Source: Acutalibacteraceae bacterium (lineage in GTDB: Bacteria; Bacillota; Clostridia; Oscillospirales; Acutalibacteraceae). From it: 64,000 nucleotides of DNA. Where the stretch lies: NCBI GenBank assembly GCA_045534895.1, contig JAZSKN010000033.1:890-64889 (forward strand). The letters run 5' to 3'. Positions 27,553 through 37,590 of this stretch are shown here, in pieces. A program made the position numbers and the translations under genes. How positions within the stretch are numbered: position 1 is the first letter of the stretch; each line of letters begins with the position of its first letter. A model generated the notes under the pieces. That model had not been told where the DNA came from. It did no database searches and saw only the letters and a program-made list of their open reading frames with translations.

Positions 27553-28371
27553 ATGGCAAGAAAATTGTTTTGTGAAATTAGTTCTTTTACATATAATCTT
27601 TCCGTAATAAAATGCCGTGTGATTAGAAAAATTGTAGATTTATTAAGTCGTGACCATTTTGCAAAGAATAAGCAAAAAGAAAAACTACCTTTCATTGTCT
27701 ATAAGCATAATTCGCTTATACGAAGGCAGCTTGGTAATGCAGATATGGTACTGCAAGAGAATAAGGCGGTTAATTTGTCTATAGCGGCACCAAAAATTAA
27801 TGAAATTATAATCAAACCCGGTGAAACCTTTTCTTTTTGGAAACTGGTTGGTAATACAAGTGCTAAAAAGGGATATAAGGAAGGTCTTACCATTTCAAAT
27901 GCGCAAACCAAAGCAGGTATTGGCGGCGGTATGTGCCAGATGACAAATTTAATACATTGGATGGTATTGCATACTCCGCTAAAAATAGTAGAGCATCATC
28001 ATCACGATGGGTTTGACCTTTTTCCTGATTTTAACCGTCAGGTGCCTTTTGGAACAGGAACATCCATTATGTACAATTACTTGGACTACCGTTTTAAGAA
28101 CGAATCTGATATTATGTATCAGCTTATAGTTTACGTGACCGATACCCATCTATGCGGAGAGTTACGCGCTGACAAAGAGCTTGATGTAAAATATCATATA
28201 CAAACCGAAGACGAACACTTTGTAAGGCAGGGTAATGACGTGTATCGCAAGGGATTGGTTTACCGTAGCTGTATAGATAAAATTACCGGTAAAGTTATTT
28301 CGCGCAAGCTACTAAAGCAAAACAATGCAAAGGTAATGTATGATACTTCAAATTTAGAAATAAAAGAATAA
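27553..28371 (+). CDS. VanW-family protein
   Basis: GYKEGLTISN...GIGGGMCQMTNLIHWMVLHTPL is the characteristic VanW core. Confidence 0.8.
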   Translation: MARKLFCEISSFTYNLSVIKCRVIRKIVDLLSRDHFAKNKQKEKLPFIVYKHNSLIRRQLGNADMVLQENKAVNLSIAAPKINEIIIKPGETFSFWKLVGNTSAKKGYKEGLTISNAQTKAGIGGGMCQMTNLIHWMVLHTPLKIVEHHHHDGFDLFPDFNRQVPFGTGTSIMYNYLDYRFKNESDIMYQLIVYVTDTHLCGELRADKELDVKYHIQTEDEHFVRQGNDVYRKGLVYRSCIDKITGKVISRKLLKQNNAKVMYDTSNLEIKE

Positions 28372-28374
28372 AAA

Positions 28375-28402
28375 ATCCGCAGTTTTAATCTGCGGATTTT
28401 TT
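28375..28402. terminator. Bidirectional intrinsic terminator (VanW / GH4 convergent)
   Basis: The stem atccgcag/ctgcggat has flanking A- and T-runs. Confidence 0.7.
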
Positions 28403-28404
28403 GT

Positions 28405-29724
28405 TTAGTGATATTTTGGTAGCCAGTTGCCGTGGGTGTCAATAAGGTCGTCAACCATCTTCTTGATGGTGTCTATATCAAGTTCACTAGCGGTATGTGG
28501 GTCAAGCATTGCCGCTTGATAGATATGCTCTTTTTTGAGCGTAACGGCAGCTTCAATTGTAAGCAACTGAACGTTGATATTTGTCATATTCATAGCGGCG
28601 CATTGAACGGGTAGTTCGCCTACAAAACAAGGATTTATGCCGTTGCGGTTAACAAGACAGGGAACCTCAACACAAGCGTTTTCGGGCAGGTTGGTGATAA
28701 GGTGACCTGTATTTAACACGTTGCCGCCGATTTGGTAGGCTTTGTTTGTAACAACCGCTTCCATAATGTGCGAAGCGTATTCAAGACTACGCGTGTGATC
28801 TTTTATACCGGTTTCAAGAATGTTTTTATAATCTTCTTTCCAACGTTCAATTTGGTTTATACAACGACGCGGGTATTCGTCAAGCGGAATGTTATATTTT
28901 TGGATAAGCTCGGGATATTTTGACTTGATATAGAAAGGATTATACTCTGCGTTGTGCTCACTTGATTCGGTGCAGTAGTATCCAAAATGTTTAATATATT
29001 CAAGTCGTACTTTGTTATTGCAGTTTGGATTATCAATTTCAGCATCAATTTTTGACTTGATTTCGGGGTAGAGGTCGCGGCCGTTTTTATCCTTAATTTC
29101 AAGCAACCACGCCATATGGTTAATGCCTGCGATAAGCTCGGTGCATTCCTCCGGCTTGTAGTCCATTTTAAGCGTTTCAAAGAGTGATTTTGTGCATACC
29201 TGAACACTGTGACAAAGACCGACGGTTTTTATGGGAGTGTAGCGTAGCATGAAGCCTGTAAGCATTGCCATTGGGTTTGTGTAGTTAAGGAATAATGCAT
29301 CGGGACAAACCTCTGCCATATTGTCGGCAAAATCTTTCATTACAGGAATTGTGCGAAGGGCTCGCATTATGCCGCCGATACCAAGTGTATCGCCGATTGT
29401 TTGTTGCAAACCGTATTTTTTAGGCACTTCAAAATCAATAATGGTGCAAGGGTCATAAAGGCCTACTTGAATTGCATTTACAACAAAGTTAGCGCCGCGA
29501 AGAGCATCCTTGCGATTTTCTACTCCGCAATAGCATTCAATTTGTGCCTTGCAACCCTTTTGTTCTCGCATAGCTTCTAATATAATACGGCTTTCTTCAA
29601 GTCGTTCGGCATCGATATCATAAAGAGCGAAGACGCTGTCGCGCAGAACTTCACTGCACATACAGTCGCCGATAACGTTTCTGGCAAATACGGTGCTACC
29701 TGCACCCATAAAGGTAATCTTCAT
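28405..29724 (-). CDS. GH4 family alpha-galactosidase/alpha-glucosidase (NAD+/Mn2+ dependent)
   Basis: MKITFMGAGSTVFARNVIGD is a Rossmann N-terminus typical of MelA-type GH4. The start is moved to this Met. Confidence 0.85.
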   Translation of the reverse strand: MKITFMGAGSTVFARNVIGDCMCSEVLRDSVFALYDIDAERLEESRIILEAMREQKGCKAQIECYCGVENRKDALRGANFVVNAIQVGLYDPCTIIDFEVPKKYGLQQTIGDTLGIGGIMRALRTIPVMKDFADNMAEVCPDALFLNYTNPMAMLTGFMLRYTPIKTVGLCHSVQVCTKSLFETLKMDYKPEECTELIAGINHMAWLLEIKDKNGRDLYPEIKSKIDAEIDNPNCNNKVRLEYIKHFGYYCTESSEHNAEYNPFYIKSKYPELIQKYNIPLDEYPRRCINQIERWKEDYKNILETGIKDHTRSLEYASHIMEAVVTNKAYQIGGNVLNTGHLITNLPENACVEVPCLVNRNGINPCFVGELPVQCAAMNMTNINVQLLTIEAAVTLKKEHIYQAAMLDPHTASELDIDTIKKMVDDLIDTHGNWLPKYH

Positions 29725-29835
29725 AAAAACACCTCGTTCGAATATTATAATTTTATTGTATATTGACAAGTATTTATTGTAAATGATAAAATGTTGTTAT
29801 AATTTGTCATTTTGTTGTTTTTTGGAGAATTATTT

Positions 29836-30591
29836 ATGGTTATTTATAATGAAGCAATTATCAATAAAGGATATAAGGATGTAAACCCAATGCAGTTTGG
29901 CAGTGAAATATGTAGCCCTTCACATAGCTTTGGCCCTGCGCTGCGTACATATTGGCTTTTGCATTATGTTGTAAGAGGAAAGGGTGTTTTTAAAATTGAG
30001 GGACGTGAATACAAGGTAAATGCCGGCAATATATTTGTTATTCCGCCGTTTATTGAAACTTTTTATGAGGCTGATAAGGACGAACCATGGGAATATATAT
30101 GGGTGGGATTTACTTCTGACAGTAAAATTGATTTTGGATTTAGTGATGTAATGTATATTCCGCACGCTTACCATATTTTTGAAAGTATGAAAAAATGCAG
30201 CAATATGGGTAAAGGAAAAACCGAATTTTTGTGTTCTAAAGTCTGGCAATTATTGTCTCTTATATTTGATGCACAAAGCGAAAAAATTGATTATATTGAA
30301 CAGGCGGTTAATATTATTAATGCGGAATATATGAATGGTATAAGTGTGCAAAATATTGCCGATAGAATAGGACTTGAGCGTACATATTTTTCTAATGCTT
30401 TTAAAACTCGTATGGGACTTTCACCAAAGCGATATTTGCTTAAAATACGTATGGAACAGGCAGCGGTGTTTTTACGTGATTACCGTTATAGCGTGTCGGT
30501 AACTGCACTTTCGGTAGGATATAGTGATGTTTATACTTTTTCAAAAATGTTTAAGCAATATTTTGGAATTTCACCGTCGAAATTTAATTAA
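29836..30591 (+). CDS. AraC-family transcriptional regulator (cupin + HTH_18)
   Basis: The C-terminus ISVQNIADRIGLERTYFSNAFKTRMGLSPKRY..SVTALSVGYSDVYTFSKMFKQYFG.SPS is an AraC dual HTH. The gene is divergent from the GH4 gene. Confidence 0.85.
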   Translation: MVIYNEAIINKGYKDVNPMQFGSEICSPSHSFGPALRTYWLLHYVVRGKGVFKIEGREYKVNAGNIFVIPPFIETFYEADKDEPWEYIWVGFTSDSKIDFGFSDVMYIPHAYHIFESMKKCSNMGKGKTEFLCSKVWQLLSLIFDAQSEKIDYIEQAVNIINAEYMNGISVQNIADRIGLERTYFSNAFKTRMGLSPKRYLLKIRMEQAAVFLRDYRYSVSVTALSVGYSDVYTFSKMFKQYFGISPSKFN

Positions 30592-30655
30592 AAGGGCTTT
30601 TTGTATTGCTTTTTGTTAAAGCGAGTGATATAATTTTAAAAATTGAGGTGATATT

Positions 30656-31987
30656 TTGAAAAAGAGATTGTTTTTTCTTGCAAATATTATCTATATTTTG
30701 TTTTTTAGCATAATTGCGAATAGTTATATTTTGGTGAAAAATAATATAAATTTTCTATTTTTTGCTATACCTGTTTTTGCTTTTATAAATTTATTTGCCG
30801 GTATTTTTTGTATAAAGGTTAAATCCATACGATTAAGGATATGTTATCACGGGGCCGTGATGTTGTCTTTTTTTGTGCCATCGGTTATAATTTCGGTAAT
30901 ATATCATATTGTTATTGCGGTTGTTACTATACCAGACAATTATATGACACTTGTATGGAGTGCGGTTGTGTGTATATGTGTACAGTCGGTTTTGTTTTGG
31001 AACGGTATTATTTGTGTTTATTTGACGTCATATCAAATGGGAATTAAGCAACGTGTAATAGGCGCGTTGTGTGGAATGATACCGATAGTTAATCTTATTG
31101 TTTTACGCAAAATTATAAAAACCGTACTTTTAGAGGTTGAAATTGAATGCGAAAAAGAGCGGGTAAATATAGCGCGTGAAGCAAATCAACTTTGCAAAAC
31201 GAGGTATCCGCTGCTTTTGGTGCATGGAGTATTTTTTAGAGATAATAAGTTTTTTAACTACTGGGGAAGGATACCTAAAGAGCTTATAAGAAACGGCGCC
31301 GTAATTTTTTACGGAAATCATCAATCGGCGGCATCAATAGCAGACAGTGCAAATGAACTTGCCCAGCGTATAAAGCAAATAGTCGAAGAAACAGGATGTG
31401 AGAAACTAAATATAATTGCACATTCAAAGGGCGGTCTTGATTGTAGATATGCACTTGACAAGCTGAATGTTTCACAGTATGTGGCATCTCTTACCACGGT
31501 TAATACGCCGCATAGAGGGTGCTTGTTTGCTGATTATTTACTTGAAAAAATTGATGATGATTTTAAAAATAAGGTAGCTGCTACATATAATAGAGCATTA
31601 AAGAAATTAGGGGACAAGAATCCTGACTTTTTAGCGGCAGTTAATAATCTAACCGATGAGTTTTGTCAAAAGTTTGATGATGAAACGCCTTTGCCTGATG
31701 GTGTTTATTGTCAAAGTATAGGTTCAGTTATGAAAAAGGGTAGCAGTGGTAGTTTTCCGCTTAATTTTACCTATCACCTTGCAAAATTTTTTGACGGTGA
31801 AAATGACGGACTTGTAAGCGAGCAGTCATTTAAATGGAGCGAAAATTACATATTGGTTACCAACGAACAAAAAAAGGGTATTTCGCACGCAGATATTATT
31901 GATTTGTCACGTGAGAATATAGATGGCTTTGATACCAGAGAGTTTTATGTTGAATTAGTGAACGATTTAAAGGAGAGGGGCTTATAA
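30656..31987 (+). CDS. Membrane-anchored alpha/beta hydrolase (triacylglycerol lipase-like)
   Basis: About five N-terminal TM helices, then YPLLLVHGVFFRD and the nucleophile elbow AHSKGG. Confidence 0.65.
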   Translation: MKKRLFFLANIIYILFFSIIANSYILVKNNINFLFFAIPVFAFINLFAGIFCIKVKSIRLRICYHGAVMLSFFVPSVIISVIYHIVIAVVTIPDNYMTLVWSAVVCICVQSVLFWNGIICVYLTSYQMGIKQRVIGALCGMIPIVNLIVLRKIIKTVLLEVEIECEKERVNIAREANQLCKTRYPLLLVHGVFFRDNKFFNYWGRIPKELIRNGAVIFYGNHQSAASIADSANELAQRIKQIVEETGCEKLNIIAHSKGGLDCRYALDKLNVSQYVASLTTVNTPHRGCLFADYLLEKIDDDFKNKVAATYNRALKKLGDKNPDFLAAVNNLTDEFCQKFDDETPLPDGVYCQSIGSVMKKGSSGSFPLNFTYHLAKFFDGENDGLVSEQSFKWSENYILVTNEQKKGISHADIIDLSRENIDGFDTREFYVELVNDLKERGL

Positions 31988-32727
31988 TGAAAATACTAAG
32001 CATTGGTAACAGCTTTTCACAGGATGCGCACAAGTGGCTATATGATGTTTGTAAAAGTGCGGGTAAAGAAATATATAATGTTAACCTTTATTATGGTGGT
32101 TGCAGTCTTTACGGTCATTGGAATTTTTACACAAACAACAGTGAAGCATATGACTATGAAATAAAAGGGGAACCTGTAAGAAAAATAGGTTTGCGCGAGG
32201 CATTAAAGGCTGAAAAATGGGATGTTATTACCTATCAACAGGCAAGTCACGACAGTGGCTTTTACGATAAATATCAGCCGTTTTTATGTGATTTGCACAG
32301 GGTGGTTAAAGAGGTTTGTCCCGACGCCAAGTTTTACATACACAAAACATGGGCGTATGAGATTGATGCTACACATGATTGTTTTGTACTTTATAATAAT
32401 GACCAAAAATATATGTATGAGTGTCTTTGCGATGCTTATGATAAAGCGGCGCAAAGTATTGATGTAGAAATTATTCCAAGCGGTGATGTGGTTCAGTATT
32501 TACGCGATAACACAAAGGAATTTGATTATAAAAACGGTGGGCTTTCACTTAACCGTGACGGATTTCATTTGTCACTTGGTTATGGCAGATATGCGGCGGC
32601 GCTTACGTGGTATTGTAAGATGTTTGGCGGCAATGCAAACGACGTTTCGTTTGTACCGGAATTGTGTGATGATGAAAATATAATAAATGTTGTTAAAGCG
32701 GCAGTAAATAAGATCGTTTTTAAATAA
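31987..32727 (+). CDS. DUF4886-family SGNH-like hydrolase, paralogue 1
   Basis: MKILSIGNSFSQDA is a GDSL/SGNH block I-like N-terminus. A conserved LNRDGFHL block is present. Confidence 0.65.
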   Translation: MKILSIGNSFSQDAHKWLYDVCKSAGKEIYNVNLYYGGCSLYGHWNFYTNNSEAYDYEIKGEPVRKIGLREALKAEKWDVITYQQASHDSGFYDKYQPFLCDLHRVVKEVCPDAKFYIHKTWAYEIDATHDCFVLYNNDQKYMYECLCDAYDKAAQSIDVEIIPSGDVVQYLRDNTKEFDYKNGGLSLNRDGFHLSLGYGRYAAALTWYCKMFGGNANDVSFVPELCDDENIINVVKAAVNKIVFK

Positions 32728-32744
32728 TACTACGGAGTAATAAG

Positions 32745-33488
32745 ATGAAATTATTAAGTATTGGAAATAGTTTTTCAGAAGATGCACACGGTTATCTTTA
32801 TGACTTATTTAAAAGCGCAGGCGAAGATATGTATCTTGTTAATGCGTGTATTCCCGGTTGCACATTAGAGATGCACCGGAATAGTTTAATTGGTAATGAA
32901 GAAAATTATCTTTATCAGTTTAAGGGTGTAACAACCAAAGAAAATGCTGTGTTGAGAGACATTTTGACAAGCGAAAAGTGGGATGTTATAACATTACAGC
33001 AGGTAAGTCATTATAGCGGTAAATACGAAACGTATCAACCGTTTTTAGTTGACTTATACCGTGAGATAAAAGCAATTTGCCCGGATGCTAAATTTTACAT
33101 ACATAAGACTTGGGCGTATGAACACGATTTTGTAAGTTCAAATTTTGAAATGTATAACAACGATCAAAAGTATATGTACAAATGTTTGTGCGACGCAAAC
33201 AATAAAGCGGCTGAAAGCATTGGCGCAGACATTATACCGGCGGGCGACGTAATACAGTATTTGCGTGAGAACACAAAAGAGTTTGATTACAAGAACGGTG
33301 GATTATCTTTTAACCGAGACGGTTTTCACTTAACGCTTGATTACGGTCGCTATGCGGCGGCGCTTACGTGGTGCTGTAAGATTTTGGGTGTTGATGCTTT
33401 TGATGTTAAGTTTACGCCGGATGCTTGCAGTGACGAAAAATTAGTTATTATTAAAAATGCGGTTAATACCGTGCTTAAAGGAGAATAA
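32745..33488 (+). CDS. DUF4886-family SGNH-like hydrolase, paralogue 2
   Basis: MKLLSIGNSFSEDA. It is collinear with the preceding gene, with roughly two-thirds identity by eye. Confidence 0.65.
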   Translation: MKLLSIGNSFSEDAHGYLYDLFKSAGEDMYLVNACIPGCTLEMHRNSLIGNEENYLYQFKGVTTKENAVLRDILTSEKWDVITLQQVSHYSGKYETYQPFLVDLYREIKAICPDAKFYIHKTWAYEHDFVSSNFEMYNNDQKYMYKCLCDANNKAAESIGADIIPAGDVIQYLRENTKEFDYKNGGLSFNRDGFHLTLDYGRYAAALTWCCKILGVDAFDVKFTPDACSDEKLVIIKNAVNTVLKGE

Positions 33489-33493
33489 TTTTT

Positions 33494-33802
33494 ATGGAAA
33501 TTTTAGCACTTGTTTTAGAAACAGCAATGATTGCATTATTTGGTTTTTCATGGCCAAACAATATTATGAAGACATTACAAAATAAATCAACCAAGGGAAA
33601 AAGCCTTTTGTTTTTACTGCTTATTGATACCGGTTATGTGGCAGGTATTGCAAGTAAGTTTATTACTCTTGCTATTGGTGGAACAAAACCATGGATTTTT
33701 TATTTTGGTTTAGCGGTTTATATACTTAATTTTGTTATGGTAACTACCGACCTAATACTTTATTTTTACTACCGTTCAAAAGAGAAAAAGGCGAATCAAT
33801 GA
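33494..33802 (+). CDS. Small 3-TM membrane protein, SemiSWEET/PQ-loop-like
   Basis: 102 aa. TM1 is followed by WPNNIMKTLQNKSTKGKS, which parallels the SemiSWEET LPQ..K.K...IS segment. Confidence 0.4.
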   Translation: MEILALVLETAMIALFGFSWPNNIMKTLQNKSTKGKSLLFLLLIDTGYVAGIASKFITLAIGGTKPWIFYFGLAVYILNFVMVTTDLILYFYYRSKEKKANQ

Positions 33803-34584
33803 TTGTTGATAAATTATGCAAGTCCGATTTGCATTTACATACAAATTTATCTTGTTGCGCACCTAAAACTACTGCGGTGGAGTCTTATCTGTCACTTTGC
33901 GAGGCTGAGGGTGTTGAACTTTTAGGGGTATCAAATCATTTGTATGATTGGGGTGGTGTTGATCACACCCTACAGATAAAGCACGAAATTGATAAGTTGC
34001 GCAATCAAACGGATATCCAATTTCTTGTGGGCTGTGAAGCTGAAATTTTTTACGGTAAAGAGCTGTATTTAACTTGTGAAATGGCACATAATTTTGACTA
34101 CGTATTGCTAGCGCCGAGTCATATTTTTAATTTCAGGGATAGGTATCGTGATTTTGATTTGTCTACGCCTGACAAGGCGCGGAAGATAATGATTGAAAAT
34201 TTTAAGGTAGCGTGCAAATTGAATTTTGGGATGCCTACGGGCTTTGCGCACCCGCTTTATCCGATATGCGCGCCGTGGCAGCAGGAAGTACTTGACGGTA
34301 TAAGCGACGAAACCTTGAGAGAGTGCTATACATTGGCGGCCGAAAATAATAAAAGTATCGAAATTCACGCTTGCGTTTACCGAAATACAGTAGAACTTGA
34401 CGATGAGGGTTTGTCACCTATATATATAAAAATGTTGCGGGTAGCAAAGGAATGCGGATGCAAATTCCACTTTGGCTCTGATGCACACGAGCCGTCTATG
34501 TTTATAGGCTCGCACGCAAAGCTTGAAAGAGCGGCTGAGCGTGCAGGGATAACGCGTGATGATTTGTGGGAGATTGTTAAATAA
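33799..34584 (+). CDS. PHP-domain metal-dependent phosphoesterase
   Basis: The N-terminal DLHLHT motif with later H/E/D ligands (HPLY, IEIHA, GSDAH) fits the PHP fold. Confidence 0.65.
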   Translation: MIVDKLCKSDLHLHTNLSCCAPKTTAVESYLSLCEAEGVELLGVSNHLYDWGGVDHTLQIKHEIDKLRNQTDIQFLVGCEAEIFYGKELYLTCEMAHNFDYVLLAPSHIFNFRDRYRDFDLSTPDKARKIMIENFKVACKLNFGMPTGFAHPLYPICAPWQQEVLDGISDETLRECYTLAAENNKSIEIHACVYRNTVELDDEGLSPIYIKMLRVAKECGCKFHFGSDAHEPSMFIGSHAKLERAAERAGITRDDLWEIVK

Positions 34585-34616
34585 TTAAAGCGGCATCGGG
34601 TGATGCCGCTTTTTTA

Positions 34617-34904
34617 TCAGTCAAAGTCTTCAAGGTAGGCTTCGGCAGCGGTTTGGGTTGTGACCGATATGCCGCTGTTGAAGCTTTGTATATCTTTTTC
34701 AGGCAAGGTATTGAGGACTATATGGTCGTAGGTTTGAATCAGTTGGTCGTTTTTATATAGTGCTACTGTGTTTCTGTAGGATTTGAGCATATAGGCGGTG
34801 CTGTCTTCTGTATTCTGATAATCGCTAATGAAAAACAAAATTAAGATAAACACGGATATAAAAATTAAAGTGGGGAATAGAACTCTTTTAATAAAAAACT
34901 GCAT
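34617..34904 (-). CDS. Small membrane-anchored protein (possibly BofC-N-like)
   Basis: One N-terminal TM helix. YMLKSYRNTVALYKNDQLIQTY..LNTLPEKDIQSFNSGISV..AEAYLEDFD resembles the small proteins often found beside PBP genes. Confidence 0.4.
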   Translation of the reverse strand: MQFFIKRVLFPTLIFISVFILILFFISDYQNTEDSTAYMLKSYRNTVALYKNDQLIQTYDHIVLNTLPEKDIQSFNSGISVTTQTAAEAYLEDFD

Positions 34905-35052
34905 TAAATCACCTCATATTTACTGTAATTTAGTATGCCCTTAATAGTTTATTAATATTAGTTAAAAAATTGTAACTACCCAAAATGAAAATTATGGTGT
35001 ATAATGTGATTGTATTATGAAAAGTATGTCCATTTTTACGGAGGTGTTTATA

Positions 35053-37479
35053 ATGGATGATAAAGATATATTTAGCTTCAGTGAGCCTGAAGAGCAAAAA
35101 AGCGAAGCGTTAGACCTTAACAGCTTTTCTTCGGGCGCGGTTGATGACGCCCGACAAAAGAAGGCAAAGAAAAAACGTGGCAAACAAAAATTTTTAAAAA
35201 TGTTTCTTACGGTAATGCTGGTGGGCATTATTACCGTAAGCTTGGTTGCAGGTACGTTTTTGGTTTATGCCTTTACTATGGTTGACGGTAAAATTGACTA
35301 TGACCTTAACGATTTAGAGTTAAACTTTACCACTACAATTTACGTAGAAGATAAGGCTAAGGGCGAATGGGTAGAGTACCAACGCTTGCACGGTGAGTTT
35401 AATCGAATATGGGTACCGTATGATGAAAAAGCAGCCAAGGATAAAGAAAATACAACCTATGACGGTATTCCTCAAAAGCTTTTGGACGCCTTTGTTGCAA
35501 TAGAAGACAAACGCTTTTATACGCATTACGGTGTAGACTGGAAAAGAACCTTTGGTTCTCTTGTTAACGTATTTATACCGATTTATTCTTCAAAACAGGG
35601 TGGTTCTACCATAACGCAACAGTTGGTTAAAAACCTTACCAATGACCGCGACCAAAGCGCAATGCGTAAGGTTCGCGAAATTATGAGAGCGCGTTATCTT
35701 GAAAGCAACTACTCAAAAAATACTATAGTTGAATGTTATTTAAACACAATACCAATGGGTCACGGTACCTATGGTGTAGAGGTTGCGTCGAACTATTATT
35801 TTGGCAAAAGCGTTAATGAGCTTACTTTGCTTGAATGTGCGAGCCTTGCCTCTATTACAAAAGGACCGTCTATATACGACCCTGAAAATAATCCCGAAAA
35901 CAATAAAGATAGACGCGAAATAGTGCTTAGCTTTATGCTTGAGCAAAAGCTTATTACTAAAGAAGAATACGATGCCGCTCTTAAAGAAGAGCTTAATGTT
36001 GTGGCTTCAAGAGAAGAGCTTAACGAAGAAGAGGTTAACAACTATTTTGTTGACGCGTTAATTGTTGAGGTTACAAATGACCTTGCCAAAAAATACGGCT
36101 GGGACGATGCTCATGCGGCAGAAAATTTTTACACCGGTGGATACAAAATTTATGCAACACTTGATACACAAATACAGGCAACTGTAGATGAAGTATTCTC
36201 AGATGCAGAAAAATACGGTATAAAGGGTAAAAACGGCGAGCAATTGCAGGGCTCGTTTACCATTATGGACTACAAGGGCAGAATACGCGGCCTTGCTGGC
36301 GGAATTGGTAAAAAGACTACCAATTTGGGACTTACAGGCTTTAACCGTGCTACCGATGCGTTGCGTCAACCCGGTTCTACAATGAAACCAATTGCGGCAT
36401 ATGCACCCGCGATTGAAAACAGAATAATTAATTATTCATCAATAGTTAATGATACTGCAACCAACTATAACGGTTGGACGCCTAAAAACTGGTATGGCTC
36501 GTACTGGGGCGGTGTAACTGCGCAATATGCGCTTGAACGCTCTATAAACACAATACCGGTATATCTTGTAAATAAGTTAGGCCCGCAAGTAAGCTATGAT
36601 TTCTTGACTCAAAAGCTTGGTATTACTACACTTAATAAAAACGATATAGACCTTTCTCCTTTAGGAATGGGTGGTACCAACGGCGGTATAACTACCAAGG
36701 AATCTGCGGCGGCATACGCTATATTTGGTAACGGCGGTAAGTATTATAAACCAACGTTTTATTATGCTGTGTATGATCAACACAATGATGTTGTGCTTTC
36801 GTATGAGCAGGTTAAACCGGTGGTAGCCATAAGCGAAGATACAGCTACTGTAATGAACAAAATGCTACAGCAGGTTGTTTATGGTGCGAACGGTACAGGT
36901 AAGGGCGCGGCAGGCTTTATTAAAAATATGAAAATATACGCAAAAACAGGTACCTCTAACAATGCTAACGACCTGTGGTTTGTTGGCGGTTCGCCATATT
37001 ATGTGGCGTCTTGCTGGTGCGGTTATGATAATCAGCAGGGTGTATCTGATAGCGCTATTGCCCGTAAAATGTGGGGCGCCGTTATGTCTAAGGTGCATTC
37101 AGGTCTTGCCGCGAAAGAGTTTGAAGAAAGCAGCTACGCTGTTGATAGATATTATTGCACATCTACAGGTTTGCTTGCTACAAACGCTTGTGAATCAAAG
37201 GCAATTGGTTGGTATACAAAGGGTAATATACCTTCTGTATGTAAACAGCATTCGGGTACTGTGCTTGGCACACCTGAAGAGGTAGCAAAGCAGGAGGAAG
37301 CTAAAAAGGAAGAAGAAAACAAAAAGGCTGAAGAAACTTCAAAACCTGCAGAAACCTCTAAGCCGGCTGAAACATCAAAACCTGAAGAAACTTCTAAGCC
37401 CGAGGAAACCAGCAAACCCGAAGAAACATCTAAACCCGAAGAGGGCGGAACTGCAACTGAGGGTGAAAATGCCGAATAA
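35053..37479 (+). CDS. Class A penicillin-binding protein (PBP1A family; glycosyltransferase + transpeptidase)
   Basis: GT51 motifs EDKRFYTHYGVD and GGSTITQQ. Transpeptidase motifs STMKP, SIN and KTGT. The start is moved to MDDKD after a GGAGGTG RBS. Confidence 0.9.
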   Translation: MDDKDIFSFSEPEEQKSEALDLNSFSSGAVDDARQKKAKKKRGKQKFLKMFLTVMLVGIITVSLVAGTFLVYAFTMVDGKIDYDLNDLELNFTTTIYVEDKAKGEWVEYQRLHGEFNRIWVPYDEKAAKDKENTTYDGIPQKLLDAFVAIEDKRFYTHYGVDWKRTFGSLVNVFIPIYSSKQGGSTITQQLVKNLTNDRDQSAMRKVREIMRARYLESNYSKNTIVECYLNTIPMGHGTYGVEVASNYYFGKSVNELTLLECASLASITKGPSIYDPENNPENNKDRREIVLSFMLEQKLITKEEYDAALKEELNVVASREELNEEEVNNYFVDALIVEVTNDLAKKYGWDDAHAAENFYTGGYKIYATLDTQIQATVDEVFSDAEKYGIKGKNGEQLQGSFTIMDYKGRIRGLAGGIGKKTTNLGLTGFNRATDALRQPGSTMKPIAAYAPAIENRIINYSSIVNDTATNYNGWTPKNWYGSYWGGVTAQYALERSINTIPVYLVNKLGPQVSYDFLTQKLGITTLNKNDIDLSPLGMGGTNGGITTKESAAAYAIFGNGGKYYKPTFYYAVYDQHNDVVLSYEQVKPVVAISEDTATVMNKMLQQVVYGANGTGKGAAGFIKNMKIYAKTGTSNNANDLWFVGGSPYYVASCWCGYDNQQGVSDSAIARKMWGAVMSKVHSGLAAKEFEESSYAVDRYYCTSTGLLATNACESKAIGWYTKGNIPSVCKQHSGTVLGTPEEVAKQEEAKKEEENKKAEETSKPAETSKPAETSKPEETSKPEETSKPEETSKPEEGGTATEGENAE
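37328..37446 (+). repeat. Six 18-nt in-frame repeats encoding (A/E)ETSKP in the PBP1A tail
   Basis: AEETSKP AETSKP AETSKP EETSKP EETSKP EETSKP. Codons vary between units, so this is not a recent slippage product. Confidence 0.8.
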
Positions 37480-37590
37480 ACATACAAAAGTTGTAATTTA
37501 TACATTGACAACTCGTTTATATGTGGTAAAATTATAAGGGTTTTTAATAATTAAAACTTTAATATTTTCTTGTAAAGGCAGGAATAAATA

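Noticed and set aside
37152-37511. A 119-aa minus-strand ORF with repetitive SSGL(E/D)VS units.
   Set aside because: It is the antisense reading of the (A/E)ETSKP repeat at the PBP1A C-terminus and extends past the PBP stop only into AT-rich spacer.
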